Shown: positions 35,195 to 47,770 of the stretch, piece by piece | Position numbering within the stretch: the first letter of the stretch is position 1 | How the letters are laid out: every line of letters starts with the position of its first letter | Source of the DNA: Mobula hypostoma | Taxonomy: Eukaryota | Reading direction: 5' to 3' | Assembly (NCBI RefSeq): GCF_963921235.1 | Contig: NC_086098.1 | Coordinates: forward strand, 6,386,001-6,450,000 | DNA length: 64,000 bases | The notes under the pieces: model-generated | The model's input: only the letters and a program-made list of their open reading frames with translations | Told to the model about the DNA's origin: nothing | The model's database searches: none | Made by a program: the position numbers and the translations under genes

Positions 35195-37818
35195 AAAAGG
35201 AGCCCTGTTGTAGTGTGGCGCGCTGACATCGACCTTGCTGAGGCCAGGTGACAACTTTCAGACACCTCCTCTTACCTACCGGTTGAAAAGGACCTCCATT
35301 CCAGACCATCAGAAAATTGTCTTCAACATCATCAACTCTGGAAAACTCCCAGCTGCTGCAACCAAACTCATAGTTTTCTTACTTGGCACTGCTCTCTTCT
35401 ACCTCCTACCCAAGATCCACAAACCGAACTGTCCAGGTAGGGCTATTATCTCTGCCTGCTCCCGTCCCACTGACCTCATGTCCTCATACCTCGACTCCTT
35501 TCTAACCCCTTGGTTCAGTCCTTTCCCACCTACATCCACAGCTCTTCTCATATTCTTATCTCCTCAGTAACTTTTAATTCCCTGGCCACGACCGCCTCAT
35601 TTTCACCCTGGATGTCCAGACCCTATACTCTTCTATCCCACATCATGAAGGCTTTTCACTTCTTTCTCAACAAAAGAACCAACCAGTACCTCTCCACCAC
35701 CACTCTCCTCTGTCTGGCAGAACTGATCCTCAATCTCACCCAATAACTTCACAAAGCTTCACTTGCCTCATCACTGAAATGTTCCCACAGCAACAGTCTC
35801 TTTCAAGGACTCTTCATCTCATGTTCTCAATATTTATTGCTTATGAAACAGCCCGGTTTCCTTGGCTGTGTAAGTCTCGGGAAGACAACCACTGGCCCTG
35901 CCAAACTCATGAGATTGAAGCATGCTCGATCCCACACCAAACCCCGGTTTGGGTGGATGCTACCCTGTTACAAATTAATGCCACAAAATAACAGACAGAA
36001 TACTGCATACGATTAAAGGGATTATACTTACGAATCTTAACTGAAGGGTTAGTAAAGAATAACAAAAAGAAAAGAGCCCATTCTAATTAAACAGTCAAAT
36101 GTGCACAAGCTGAAGCTCATCTTGAATTTCTCTGTCACTCATGTGCTGAGCCCTTGGTCAACAGAAAAGCACACACCACCTTCTGAATGTCGCTCACAGT
36201 CCATCTCGAACAAACCGGTCTCCCACTGGATCATATGCTAAGATTAGTTCTCCCCAGCATGTTCTCTCTTCACCTCCTCTCGAACAAAAGCTTCAAGTCC
36301 AACTTTAGTGTCCCTCACCAGAGAAACCTCCCCTTCATCGGACCATCCTAACTGGATGGGACACGTTTCTCCTTGTCTCTTATCCTCAACAGTAACCCAA
36401 ACAAGCTGGAAAACAGAACAGACTGCTCTTACAGAGCTGCCAAAATGAAATACATACAGCAAAACAGTAAAATATGAACCAGGGCATTACACTTATTATT
36501 AACTATTATTATTTCTTTCTTTTTGTAATTGCAGTTTTTTTGTCTTTTGCAGGCTGGTTGAACGCTCAGTTGGTGCTGTCTTTCATTGATTCTGTTCAGT
36601 TAATTATTCTATTATGCCCACAAGAAAATGAGTCTCAGTGTTGTATATGATGACATAAATTACTTTGATTCAAAAGTTTGCTTTGAACTTTGAACTTTGA
36701 GCAAATTTTCCTTCACTTCCTCCCACTTTCTGACACCTTCCACCCATTCATCAATCTCTCTGCTCCATCTCTGGAGACAAAATGTCTACCGACAACCTTT
36801 ATTAAACAGCCTTATCAATTCCAACAGATATGGCTATGCCTCTTCCCATTCTGACTCCTGTAAAAATGCTGTTCCCTTTTGTGTCCACCACAACTTTTCC
36901 TGGGATGCTGCTTTCCTTTCCAGGATATCAAAGATGTCATCCTTTTGCAAAGAATGGGGTTTCCCTTCCTCTACCATTGATGCTGCCCCCACCCGCATCT
37001 CCTCCATTTCCCGAGCATCCTCGCTCATCCCACCTTCTCACTGCTTTAACAGTGATTGAGTTCCTCTTGTTGTTGCCTACCACGCCATGAGTTTCTACAT
37101 TATTCTCCACAACTTCCACCATCTTCAAACTACCACCAAACATTATCTTTACCTCCAACCACTCCAGTTTTTGTAGGGATTTCTCCCTGCATGATTCCCT
37201 TGTCAATTCCCCCCCCCCCAACTAACCCCCAATAACCTCTCTCCTGGCAATTATCCCAGTAAGTGGCCAAAGTGTTACACATTTGTCCATTAACCTCCTC
37301 CCTCATTCAGGGCCCCAAACATTCCTTTTAACTGAGGCAACACTTCACCTGTGATCCGGTTGGGGTCATTCATTGGATCTGATGGTGAAAATGTAGCCTC
37401 CTCAGATTGGTGACTCCCATCATAAATTGGGGCACAGCCTCATCGAGTGTCTCCACTCCATTCGCCAAAAGCAGAATTTCCTGGTGGCCAACTATTTCAA
37501 CTCCTACCCCCAATCTTGTTCCAACATGTTGGTCCATGGCCTCCTCTTGTGCCATGATGAACCTACATTTTGGGTGGAGGAGCAAATATTCTGTTTGGAT
37601 AGCCTCTTCTTCTATTCCCCACTCTGGCGTCTTACCTCTTCTCATCTGGCTATCACCTCACCCTGGATCCCCTCCTCCTGCCATTTCTCCTATGGTCCAC
37701 TCTTCTCTCTTGTCAGAATCCTTCCTTTCCAGCCCTTTGCCTTTCCAATCCATCTGGTTTCACCTGTCAGCTTCTAGCTATCCTTCTTCCCCTCCCCCCA
37801 CCTTTTTATTCTGGCATC
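35195..37818 (+). mobile_element. Penelope-like retroelement, degenerate, split by a Rex-type tail (~35745-36697) that itself carries a solo LTR
   Basis: FYLLPKIHKPNCPGRAIISAC..LMSSYLDSFL (RT N-terminus), YASSHSDSCKNAVPF, and a GIY-YIG-like region at ~37330-37600. Confidence 0.85.
35844..36491. mobile_element. Solo LTR (TG...CA, 4-bp TSD CTTA)
   Basis: ctta|TGAAACAG...GGCATTACA|ctta. The host tail repeat (tatttattgctta|ttatt) rejoins across it. Confidence 0.75.
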
Positions 37819-37935
37819 TTAGAGTCATAGAGTACAGAACAGAAACAGGCCCTTCCACCCATCTAGTCCATGCTGAAACCGTTTAAACTGCCTACTCCCA
37901 TTGACCTGCACCGGGACCATAGGTATCTATACCCG

Positions 37936-38699
37936 TGTAAGGGGTTTCTTCTTTTATGTTACTGCGTAGTCTAATTAAAATGGCTTCTTTGCCAATTTCC
38001 ACCGGGATTAATAAAGTATGACTATGACTATGACTATGACTATGTTATAATTGAAATGGCTTCTTTGTTATGTTAACTGCTGAGAAAGTCCTTCCGCTAG
38101 CAGTTTGTTTGGACCATGTTACTGATAAGAGGATGAACAAACCAATTGAGATAGATGTTATTATTTCTGTGTGTCTGTAAGTTAGTGTGATGCGCGGGTT
38201 TTTGGGGAGAAGGCGGGAGAGAGAGAGAGACAGAGGATGGACCAGGTGTTGTGAGTCCGCTAACGGGGTTGGACCCCGAGCAGGAGTCCGAGGTCCAGGG
38301 TGTTCGGCGAGGAGAGGAGACGGAGACCGACTCGTGTGGAGCATCTGGTCGCCCACTGTTGTTGGTCCCAGGCAGCAGGTCAAGGTGGTCCGAGGGATTG
38401 CAGGGTGAAGAAGGAGGGTCCTGAGCTCCAACTGTTTGTGCATGAAGAGATTGAACTTTGATAAGTGTGGCGCCTTTTATTTTCCTTTTATATTTTATTC
38501 TCTGTTAATTATATAGTTCCAGTAATATCTATAAACTGTAAATCATTTAATCGTATCTGATGTATTGTCTGTTATTTGGGCGGGGTGGGGTACCTCACAC
38601 AGCATCCACTCAAACTATTACCCAGTTTGGCGGGGCCGAGGGCTATTTCCCTAGACGACAGCGAGCTGAGCGACCCTGAGACTGGCCAAGGGGGCTGCA
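37936..38699. mobile_element. Solo LTR (TG...CA, 4-bp TSD CCCG)
   Basis: cccg|TGTAAGGGG...GGGGCTGCA|cccg. CpG-rich interior with a (GA)n tract. The CR1 host rejoins across it. Confidence 0.8.
37992..38044 (+). mobile_element. Extremely 5'-truncated Rex1 insertion (tail only) inside the solo LTR
   Basis: ccaatttcccaccgggattaataaagtatgactatgactatgac matches the Rex1 3' end at 4402-4446. Confidence 0.8.
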
Positions 38700-39784
38700 C
38701 CCGTACCATCCATGTACCTAACTCTTCTCTTAAATGTTGAAATGTTCACATGCACCACTTGTGCTGGCAGCTCATTCCACGCTCTCACCACCTTCTGAGC
38801 AAGTTTCCACTCATGTTCCCCTTAAACTTCTCACCTTCCACCCCTGACCCATGACCTTTGGCGGTAGTCCCCCCAATTCAGTGGTAAAAGCTTGCTTGCA
38901 TTTACCCCATCTATATTCCTCATAATTTTGTACACCTCTATCAAATTTCTTCTCAATCTTCTATGTTCTAAAGAATACAGTCTCAAACCTATTCAATCTT
39001 TCCTTATAACTCAGGTCCTCCAGACCCAGCAACATCCTTGTTAATTTTCTCAGTAAGCTTTCAATTTTGTTCACATCTTTCCTGCAAATTGGTAACCAGA
39101 ACTGCATACAATTCTCCAAATTAGACCTCACTGATGTTTTATACAACATCAACATGAACTCAATACATTGATTAATGAAGGCCAATGTGTCAAAAGCTTT
39201 CATTATGACTCTATCTACCTGTGACACCACTTTCAATGAATTATAGACCTGTATTTCCAGATCTCTTTGTTCTACCACACTCCTCAGTGCTCTACCATTC
39301 ACTGTGTAAGACTGCTCCAGTTGGTCCTACAGATGTGCAAAACCTTGCACTTGTCTGCATTAAATTCCATCTGCCATTGTTCAGCCCATTTTTCCAGCTG
39401 ATGCAGATCCATCTGCTCCTTCCCCGTTCCTTTCTAGTCAGGAAGAAAAGTCTTGGCCAAAACGTCGACTGTTCATTCATCACCAGAGATGCCATCCGAC
39501 CAGCTGAGTTCTTCCAGCATTTCATGTGTCGTGCTTGAAGAGGTAATTGGATTGGCGTCTGAGAGAAAGTAATTTGAAGGGCTAAGGGAAAAGCAAGAAT
39601 GGGACTGCTGGGATTGCTTCACAAAGCATTGACTCAGATTGCTGACTGCCTTTCTTCAACGTGGTAGCAATTCTCTCTGATTTATAAATGAGTAATACCT
39701 TCAGACTTGTGGCTTGGAAACAGATCGTTCCGAGTGAACATTTCAATAGGATATGTACAACTAACATATACAGTACAGCAAAAT

Positions 39785-40195
39785 AAATAGTAGTTAGCAC
39801 GATGCTATTACAGCTCGGAGTGTCAGAGTTCAGAGATCAATTCCAGGGCCGTCTGTAAGGAGTTTGTACCCTTTCCCCGTAACTACATGGATTTCCTCCG
39901 GGTGCTCCGGTTTCCTCCCACAGTCCAAATACGTTTAAGAGACTACTAGACAGGTATATGGAGGAATTTGAGGTGGGGGGTTATATGGGAGGCAGAGTTT
40001 AAGGGTCGGCACAACATTGTGGGCCAAAGGGCCTGTACTATTCTATGTTGGATGTTACGACGTACCAGTTGGGAGGTTAATTGGTCATTGTACATTGTCC
40101 AGGGTAAAGTAGGTGGCTTGCTGAGCTGTGTGGCTCATTGGGTCGGAAGAGCTTGTTCCACGTTTTATCACTCAATAAAATGAAATAAATAAATA
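39785..40195 (+). mobile_element. HE1/V-SINE-like SINE with an internal CR1 tail insertion (~39933-40050)
   Basis: gttagcacgatgctattacagc..tcaattcc..ctgtaaggagtttgtac..tttcctccgggtgctccggtttcctcccacagtcc. Confidence 0.7.
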
Positions 40196-40239
40196 CGTTC
40201 CAGAGCATAATTCTATTTCCAAAAATAACCCTTAGCTCG

Positions 40240-40990
40240 TAAGACCATAAGATGATTTGACGTAGGATGAGAATTAGTCCATTCAGGTCTCTGTGTCTGC
40301 TCTACCATTCCATCATGGCTGATCGCTAATCTCCCTTAACCCTGCTCTTCTGCCTTCTCCTCATAACACTCAACATCCCCACTAATCAAGAACTTTCTAA
40401 CATCTGCCTTAAATATATCTAATAACTTGGCCTCCACAACTGTTTGTGGCAATGAATTACACAGATTCACCACCCTCTGGCTAAAGAAATACCTTCTCAT
40501 TAGATGTCCTTCTGTCCTGAGCCTCCGCCCTCTGGCTCTAGAATCCCCCACTATCGGAAATATCCTCTCCACATCCACTCTATCCAGGTCTTTCAATATT
40601 CGATAGGTTTCAATGAGATCCCCTCCCTCATTCTTCTAAACTCCAGTGATTACAGGTCCAGAGTCATCAAATGCTTCTCAAGTGTTAACCTTCTCATTCC
40701 CAGACTTATTCTGGTGAGAGGCTATCTGGCTTAAATGTATTTTGGTTTTCTATTAAATATTTGTTTGGCCATCAAGAGAACCAATATCTGATTGAAGAGT
40801 TTATTATTCAGTTTATACGTGAGACTAGGTTATATTCGAGAATTTGAGTTCCTTGAAGTTCTATAATTAATTATACATCCTGCGGAGGGCAGTAATATGC
40901 CTAGATGCATCTAAACTGCCGGAAATAGAAGAAGAAGAAGAAGAACCTCCTCTGAACCCTTTCCAAATCCAGCACAACTTTTCTTAGATA
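40240..40990 (-). mobile_element. CR1 3' fragment, interrupted near 40710-40945
   Basis: DLDRVDVERIFPIVGDSR..YFFSQRVVNLCNSLP. Confidence 0.75.
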
Positions 40991-41029
40991 AGAGTTTTTT
41001 TTGTTGGATAAGAGACCCTTTATCAGGAC

Positions 41030-41360
41030 TGTTCTCCTGACCCTCCTATCACCTCCCTCTGGTACCTCTTCTCCTCCCCTGCTCCCATGTTGCACTCTCC
41101 TCTCCTGTCAGCTTCCTTCTTCTCCAGCCCTTTACCTTTTCCACCTATCACCTCACAGATTCTCACTTCATCCCCGCTCTCCCACCAACCTCCCTTCCCC
41201 ATCACCTGGTTTCAACAATAACCTTCCAGCTCGCAGTCTTTCTCCTCCTCCCATCTTCTTACTTTGGCTTCTTCTCCTTTCTTCCCATTCCTGATGAAAG
41301 GTCACAGCCCGTTCCTCCAGCATTTTGTGTGTGTTACTGAACAATGTTCTGCAAGTCTGG
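41030..41360 (+). mobile_element. Penelope-like 3' fragment, preceded by a short inverted piece of the hammerhead module (~41005-41030)
   Basis: Pyrimidine-rich tail, then attcCTGATGAaaggtc..gttcctccagcattttgtgtgtg. Confidence 0.65.
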
Positions 41361-42236
41361 ATTCTTTCATGTTTAAGCACACCGGCACAAAATTCCTTAG
41401 TGGTACTTAGTCAGGAAATGCTGTAAGTTCCCCGCTAGCAATTCCTATCAAAATATGCCCAGTACCCCAAAGGTAAAATGACTTCCTAAAGTTAATACCT
41501 TATTCAGACAAAATATGTATTAGTGAAAAATTCTAGCTGATTACTTTGTAAACCCAAACTTTTGCAATCATAAAACAATTCGTGAAAAAATTTTCAGTTT
41601 AATTTTGACTTAGACAGCACATGACGTCAGGTTTGGGTGAACGGAGGTTCTAGAAGATTCATTTGTTTATTGTCATTCTTCAGTACACATGTAAAGGAGA
41701 ATGTAATGATTGTTACACTGCCTTCAAAGCAGCATAAAACACAATAAATATAAACATAAAAACAACCCTATATAATGCAATGTACTAGTTATTGTTAAAT
41801 GTGATCATATATACATATGACTAGCTGGCATATACTCAGTGGCCACTTGCTCATTAAAGCAAATATTTAATCAGCCAATCATGTGACAGCAACTCAATGC
41901 ATAAAAGCACGCAGACATGGTCAAGAGGTTCAGTTGTTGTTCAGACCAAACATCAGAATGAGGAAGAAGTGTGATTTAAGAGACTTTATCCATGAAATGT
42001 TTGTTGGTGTCAGATAGACTTATTGGTGATTCTCAGAAACTGCTGATCCCCTGGGATTTTCACGCACAACAGTCTCTAGAGTTTACACAGAATGCTGTGA
42101 AAAACAAAAAAAAACATCTAGTGAGCAGCAGTTCTGTGGGCAAAAACACCTTGATAATGAGAGAGGTTAGAGGAGAATGGCCGCACTGGTTCAAGCTGAC
42201 AGGAAGGCAACAATAGCTCAAATAACCAGACGTTAC

Positions 42237-44493
42237 TTTTAGGTATGTGAAAAGGAAAAAAATAGTTAAGACCAAAATTGGGCTCTTGAAGACAGAAAAG
42301 GGTGAATTTATTATGGCGAACAAGGAAATGGCAGACGAGTTGAACAGGTATTTTGGATCTGTCTTCACTAGGGAAGACACAAACAATCGCCCAGATATAA
42401 TAGTGGCCAAAGGACCTAAGGTAATGGATGAACTGAAGGAAATTTATATTAGGCAGGAAATGGTGTTAGATAGACGATTGGGTCTGAAGGCTGATAAGTC
42501 CCCGGGACCTGATGGTCTGCATCCCAGGGTACTTAAGGAGGTGGCTTTAGAAATCGTGGATGCATTGGTAATCATTTTCCAATGTTCTATAGATTCAGGA
42601 TCAGTTCCTGTGGATTGGAGGGTGGCTAATGTTGTCCCACTCTTCAAGAAAGGAGGAAGAGAGAAAACAGGGAATTATAGACTGGTTAGCCTGACGTCAG
42701 TGGTGGGAAAGATGCTGGAGTCAATTATAAAAGATGAAATTACGACACATTTGGATAGCAGTAACCGGATAGGTCCGAGTCAACATGGATTTACGAAGGG
42801 GAAATCGTGCTTGATTAATCTTCTGCAATTTTTTGAGGATGTAACTGTGAAAATGGACAAGAGAGAGCCAGTGGATGTAGTATACATGGACTTTCAGAAA
42901 GCCTTTGATAAGGTCCCACATACTTCATACTTTATACTTTATTGTCGCCAAACAATTGATACTAGAACATACAATCATCCCAGCGATATTTGATTCTGCG
43001 TTTCCCGCTCCCTGGATTACAAGTTGATAGTAAATATTAAAAATTTAAATTTTAAATCATAAATAGAAAATAGAAAAGTGGGAAGTAATGTAGTGCAAAA
43101 AAACCGAGAGGCAGATCCGGATATTTGGAGAGTATGGTCCAGATCCGGGTCAGGATCCGTTCAGCAGTCTTATCACAGTTGGAAAGAAGCTGTTCCTAAA
43201 TCTGGCCATACGAGTCTTCAAGCTCGTGAGCCTTCTCCCGGAGGGAAGAGGGACGAAAATTGTGTTGGCTGGGTGGGTTGTGTCCTTGACTATTCTGGCA
43301 GCACTGCTCCAACAGCATACAAGAAGGAGATTACCTAGGAGATTAGTGGGCAAAATTAGGGTTCATGGTATTGGGGGCTGAGTACTGACATGGATTGAAA
43401 TTTGGCTGGCTGACAGGAAACAAAGAGTAGCGATTAACGGGTCCCTTTCGGAATGGCAGGCGGTGAGCAGTGGGGTACCGCAGGGTTCAGTGCTGGGACC
43501 GCAGCTGTTTACAATATACATTAATGATTTAGATGAAGGGATTAAAAGTAACATTAGCGAATTTGCTGATGACACAAAGCTGGGTGGCAGTGTGAAATGT
43601 GAGGAGGATGTTATGAGAATGCAGGGTGACTTGGACAGGCTGGGTGAGTGGGCAGATGCATGGCAGATGCAGTTTACTGTGGATAAATGTAAGGTTATCC
43701 ACTTTGGTGGTAAGAAAAGGAAGGCAGATTATTATCTAAATGGAGTCAAGTTAGGAAAAGGGGAAGTACAATGAGATCTAGGTGCTTTTGTACATCAGTC
43801 ACTGAAAGCAAGCATGCAAGTACAGCAGGCAGTGAAGAAAGCTAATGGCATGCTGGCCTTCATAACAAGGGGAATTGAGTATAAGAGCAAAGAGGTCCTT
43901 CTGTAGCTGTACAGGGCCCTGGTGAGACCACACCTGGAGTACTGTGTGCAGTTTTGGTCTCCAAATTTGAGGAAGGACATTCTTGCTATTGACGGAGTGC
44001 AGCGTAGGTTCCCAAAGTTAACTCCCGGGATGGCAGGACTGTCATATGTTGAAAGATTGGAGCGACTGGGCTTGTACACACTGGAATTTAGAAGGATGAG
44101 AGGGGATCTGATTGAAGCATATAAGATTATTAAGGGATTGGACGCGCTGGAGGCAGGAAGCATGTTTCCACTGATGGGTGAGTCCAGAACCAGAGGTCAC
44201 AGTTTAAGAATAAGGGGTAGGCCATTTAGAACGGAGTTGATGAAAAACTTTTTGACCCAGAGAGTGGTGGATATATGGAATGCTCTGCCCCAGAAGGCAG
44301 TGGAGGCCAAGTCTCTGGATGTTTTCAAGAAAGAGATGGATAGAGCTCCTAAAGATAGCGGAATCAAAGGTTACGGGGATAAGGCAGGAACTGGATACTG
44401 ATAGTGGATGATCAGCCATGATCACAGTGAATTGCGGTGCTGACTCAAAGGGACGAATGGCCTACTCCTGCATCTATTGTCTATTGTCTATTG
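42237..44493 (+). mobile_element. CR1 LINE, 5'-truncated, inside Tc1
   Basis: ORFs 42247-42993, 43463-43774 and 43922-44401 (KSPGPDGLHP, GVPQGSVLGP, LEYCVQFWSP). (CTATTGT)n tail. Apparent TSD GTTAC. Confidence 0.92.
42921..43320 (-). mobile_element. Rex/Babar-type 3' fragment (second family) inside CR1
   Basis: SAARIVKDTTHPANTIFVPLPSGRRL..FRNSFFPTVIRLLN with an (ATAAAGT)n tail. Interrupts CR1 at DKVPH|RRLV. Confidence 0.8.
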
Positions 44494-46092
44494 TTACAAC
44501 AGTGGTGTGTAGTAGAGCATCTCTGACTGCACAACACATCGAGCCTTGAAGTGATGGGCTACAGCAACAGAAGAACACGAACATACACTCAGTGACCTGT
44601 TTATTAGGAACAGGAGGTATCTAATAAAATGGCCACAGAGTGTACAAGGAGCGATTGTAGTCAATTCACCCACACTTCTTAAATGATTAATCAGCTTTAG
44701 TACTTAGCAGCTGGAGATTGGAAATGAATCAGCTTGTGAACAGGGCTGACATTGTGACGCGTTCCCACATTATCACTTAACTTCTCGGCAGCTTCAGGGA
44801 GTTGTCGAGCAGGTTCAGTTCCAAGAGCACTCCAGAGTGTTCTGTTCTGTAAACTCTGCTTTTGCACTCATTGTATTCGCTGCCAGGAAAGGCTGTGTTA
44901 CAGCACATCTGATATTATGAACTTTTTGGAGGGTCAACCGGTATTGGTGGAGTCACTGTGAAAGCTGACGAGAATTCTGAAAGCTCACTAGGTCAATTTG
45001 GAGTTGTATTTCAGGTGTGACCCTGTGTCACAACTGTAAAGAAATTATAAATGGATAGCATTCAAAATGAAGCAATTCCATAGAAATGAAGCACACATTG
45101 CTTGCGTGTGCACACACACACGAACACAATGCACACATAGACACATTCTGACAGACCTGTGAAATATCTACACGCCTTCACATATAGTCATGTGTACAAA
45201 TGCAAGACTGGCAGAAGATCAAAGGAAAAATCGAAGGCTGAAACTCAAACTGTGAATCTGGAAGTTGAGGCCCGATGGTCAAGAACTTGGGACTGCAAGC
45301 CTGTAAGTCCCTGGGGAAATTAGAGGCCCAATGTCTCCACGTACACGGGAGGTGGCCATTCAAGTTCAAGTTTATTATCATCTGACTGTACAAATGTACA
45401 ACTAAACATTCATCCAGATCAGGGTGCACCCACACAGCACATAAAAAGCAAAAATATTATTCCATAAGTAAGTTAATAAAATTTTGTTCAAAATGCATGT
45501 AGCAAAATGCAGCCCAGGTAAAAAGCAAACAGCTGGCTGTCTTCATGACAAGAGCTCAGTGAGGGCAGGGTTTTCATTAGTCTCACAGCCTGTGGGTGGA
45601 GGCCTGCCTCTGTCTGAGTGACTGGGTGGGTGGGGGGAGGAAAGGGGCTTGTTTTGCTGAACATTGTGGGCATGTTATGGTGCCACCAAAATGTGCGACA
45701 ACGCTTGCAGGCTCGCCCCAGCACGTCTTCTGATTGTGTTGACTGCAAATACAACCGACATGTTTTCTCCATGGTTCAGCGTTCATGAATCCAAATCTGA
45801 GGAAGATTTTAAAAATAGCGTTGTCACAGGTACGTTAAAACATACAATGAAAAGCGTTGTTCGCATCACAGCCAGTCAACAATGATGTGCTGGGGGCAGC
45901 AAGGTGACCATGCTTCCAGCACCACATCACTAACACAAAATGTATATTGTTGGACTGTGACAGGAGACCAGAGAACCCAGAAGAAACCCATGCAGTCACC
46001 GGGAGATCATACAAACTCCTGATACACTGCAGCAGGAATTGAATCCCAAACTTACACCCGGCTCACATCTCACTAGCACTAACCCCTACATC

Positions 46093-46753
46093 CCTAACCC
46101 CTAAAAAGACAGAGTACATGGTATTTAACTGCGACAAAGGTACTCTCAAGACCGTAGAGAATGATACCATTAAGAACGTCTTTGACTACAAGTACCTCAG
46201 GTCAAGAATGGTGAGTTCGGAGAAGGACATAAAGATACGGAAGTCGCTGGCACGGAGGGCTATGAACTACATGAAGGAAATCTGGAAGTTGAACCTGACC
46301 AGAGGGCTTAAAAAGAGGATTTTCATAGCAGTCATAGAGCCCATTCTCACGTATGGATGCGAGACGTGGACACTCACCAAGACAATGCGAAAGGATGGTT
46401 GCTATACACAAATGCTCCGGGTGGCTCTTGATGTGAGTTGGCAACAGCACATGATGAACATTGAGCTCTATAACAATCTACTGATGCTCTCCATTAAAAT
46501 CGAGGTGAGAAGACTTCAACTAGCGGGGCACTGTCTATACCACCCCGAGCTACCTGCCAGCCTAGTCATCATATGGGAGCCCAAGCACAGGAGGGTGAAC
46601 CCTGGGCGCCCTCCCAAGACGCTCCTAGAATTCGGTGGCGCGGCTAATGTAGATGAACTGAACACACTGATGAGGGAGAGGGAGAAGTGGAGAGTCTGTT
46701 ATCGTGCTCGACACTGGCCCCCTAGGCCTGAGTCAGCGTCGTAGTTGTAGTAG
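46093..46753 (+). mobile_element. RTE-clade LINE 3' fragment
   Basis: ILTYGCETWTL..LQLAGHCLYHPE..GRPPKT with a (GTA)n tail. 13-bp TSD TAACCCCTACATC at 46080-46092 and 46754-46766. Confidence 0.85.
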
Positions 46754-46774
46754 TAACCCCTACATCTCTGTGAC

Positions 46775-47250
46775 GTATGACCAAAAATATAGGAGCAGAA
46801 CTTAGCCCATTGAGCCTACTCCAGCATTTTATCATGGTTGATATATTATCCCTCTCAACCTTAATCTCCTGTCTTCTCCCCATACCCTTTGCCTCCCTGA
46901 CTAGCCAAGAACCTATCAACCTACGCTTTAAATGTACTCAATGACTTGGCCTCCACAGCCGTCTGTGGCAATGAATTCCACAGATTCTTCATCTCCTGAC
47001 TAAAGAATTTCCTCCTCATCGCTGTTCTAAATTGACAGCCGTTTATTCTGAGGCTGTGCCCTGTGGTCCTATACTCCCCCACCATAGGAAACATCCTCTC
47101 TGTCAAGGCATTTCAAAATTCATAGATTTCAATGAGATCCCCCTCATTCTTCTAAACTCCTGTGAGTTTAGGCCTAGAACAATCAAAATTTTGTCATGAG
47201 TTAATCCTTTCATTTCCACAATTGTTTTTGTGAACCTCCTGCAGACCCTC
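46775..47250 (-). mobile_element. CR1 3' fragment
   Basis: RMFPMVGEYRTTGHSLRI..KFFSQ..LWNSLPQ. Confidence 0.8.
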
Positions 47251-47770
47251 AAAGTTCAAAATACATTTATTATCAAAGTGCATGTTTGTCTCCATGTACA
47301 ACCTTGAGATCACTTTCTTGTGGGCATTCACAGTAAATACAAGAAACACAATAGAAACAATGATAGACCACACCCAACAGAATGGACAAACAACCAGTGT
47401 ACAAAAGACAACAAACTGTGAAAATACAAAAAAAAATCAATAATAATAAATAAACAAAGAATAAATATCGAGAACATGTGAGGAAGAGTCCTTGAAAGTG
47501 CGTCTATAGGTTATGAAACCAGTTCAGTGATGGGGAAAGTGAAGATATCCCTTCTGGTTCAAGAACCTGATGGCTGAGGGGTATAACCATTCCTGAACCT
47601 GGTGGTGTAGGTATTGAGGCTCCTGTACCTTCTTCCTGATGGCAGCAGCGAGAATTTTTTATAGTGGGAGATAACCACACAGCCTTGTGTTGCACCTGTG
47701 CTGATGGAAATTGTGAAGGAGATGTTGTTGCCAATCCAAACTGACTGGGGGTCTGCAAGTGAATGCAAAT
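47250..47770 (-). mobile_element. Rex/Babar-type LINE fragment with AT-rich tail
   Basis: ISISTGATQGCV..FSLLPSGRRYRSLNTYTTRFRNGY. Confidence 0.65.

Larger units (their letters stand above)
37820..39410 (-). mobile_element. CR1 3' fragment, split by a solo LTR
   Basis: ORF 38961-39302 EQRDLEIQVYNSLKV..NLENCMQFW, plus CR1 3' UTR at 37820-37935. Confidence 0.85.
41833..44642 (+). mobile_element. Tc1-family deletion derivative (left TIR + transposase N-terminus + right TIR), split by CR1
   Basis: ta|TACTCAGTGGCCACTT ... AAAATGGCCACAGAGTG|ta. Remnant peptide MRKKCDLRDF..SETAD.LGFSRTTVSRVY..LVQADRKATIAQIT. Confidence 0.8.

Noticed and set aside
41622..41629. Palindromic CRE site TGACGTCA
   Set aside because: About one 8-mer match is expected by chance in 64 kb, and there is no promoter context.
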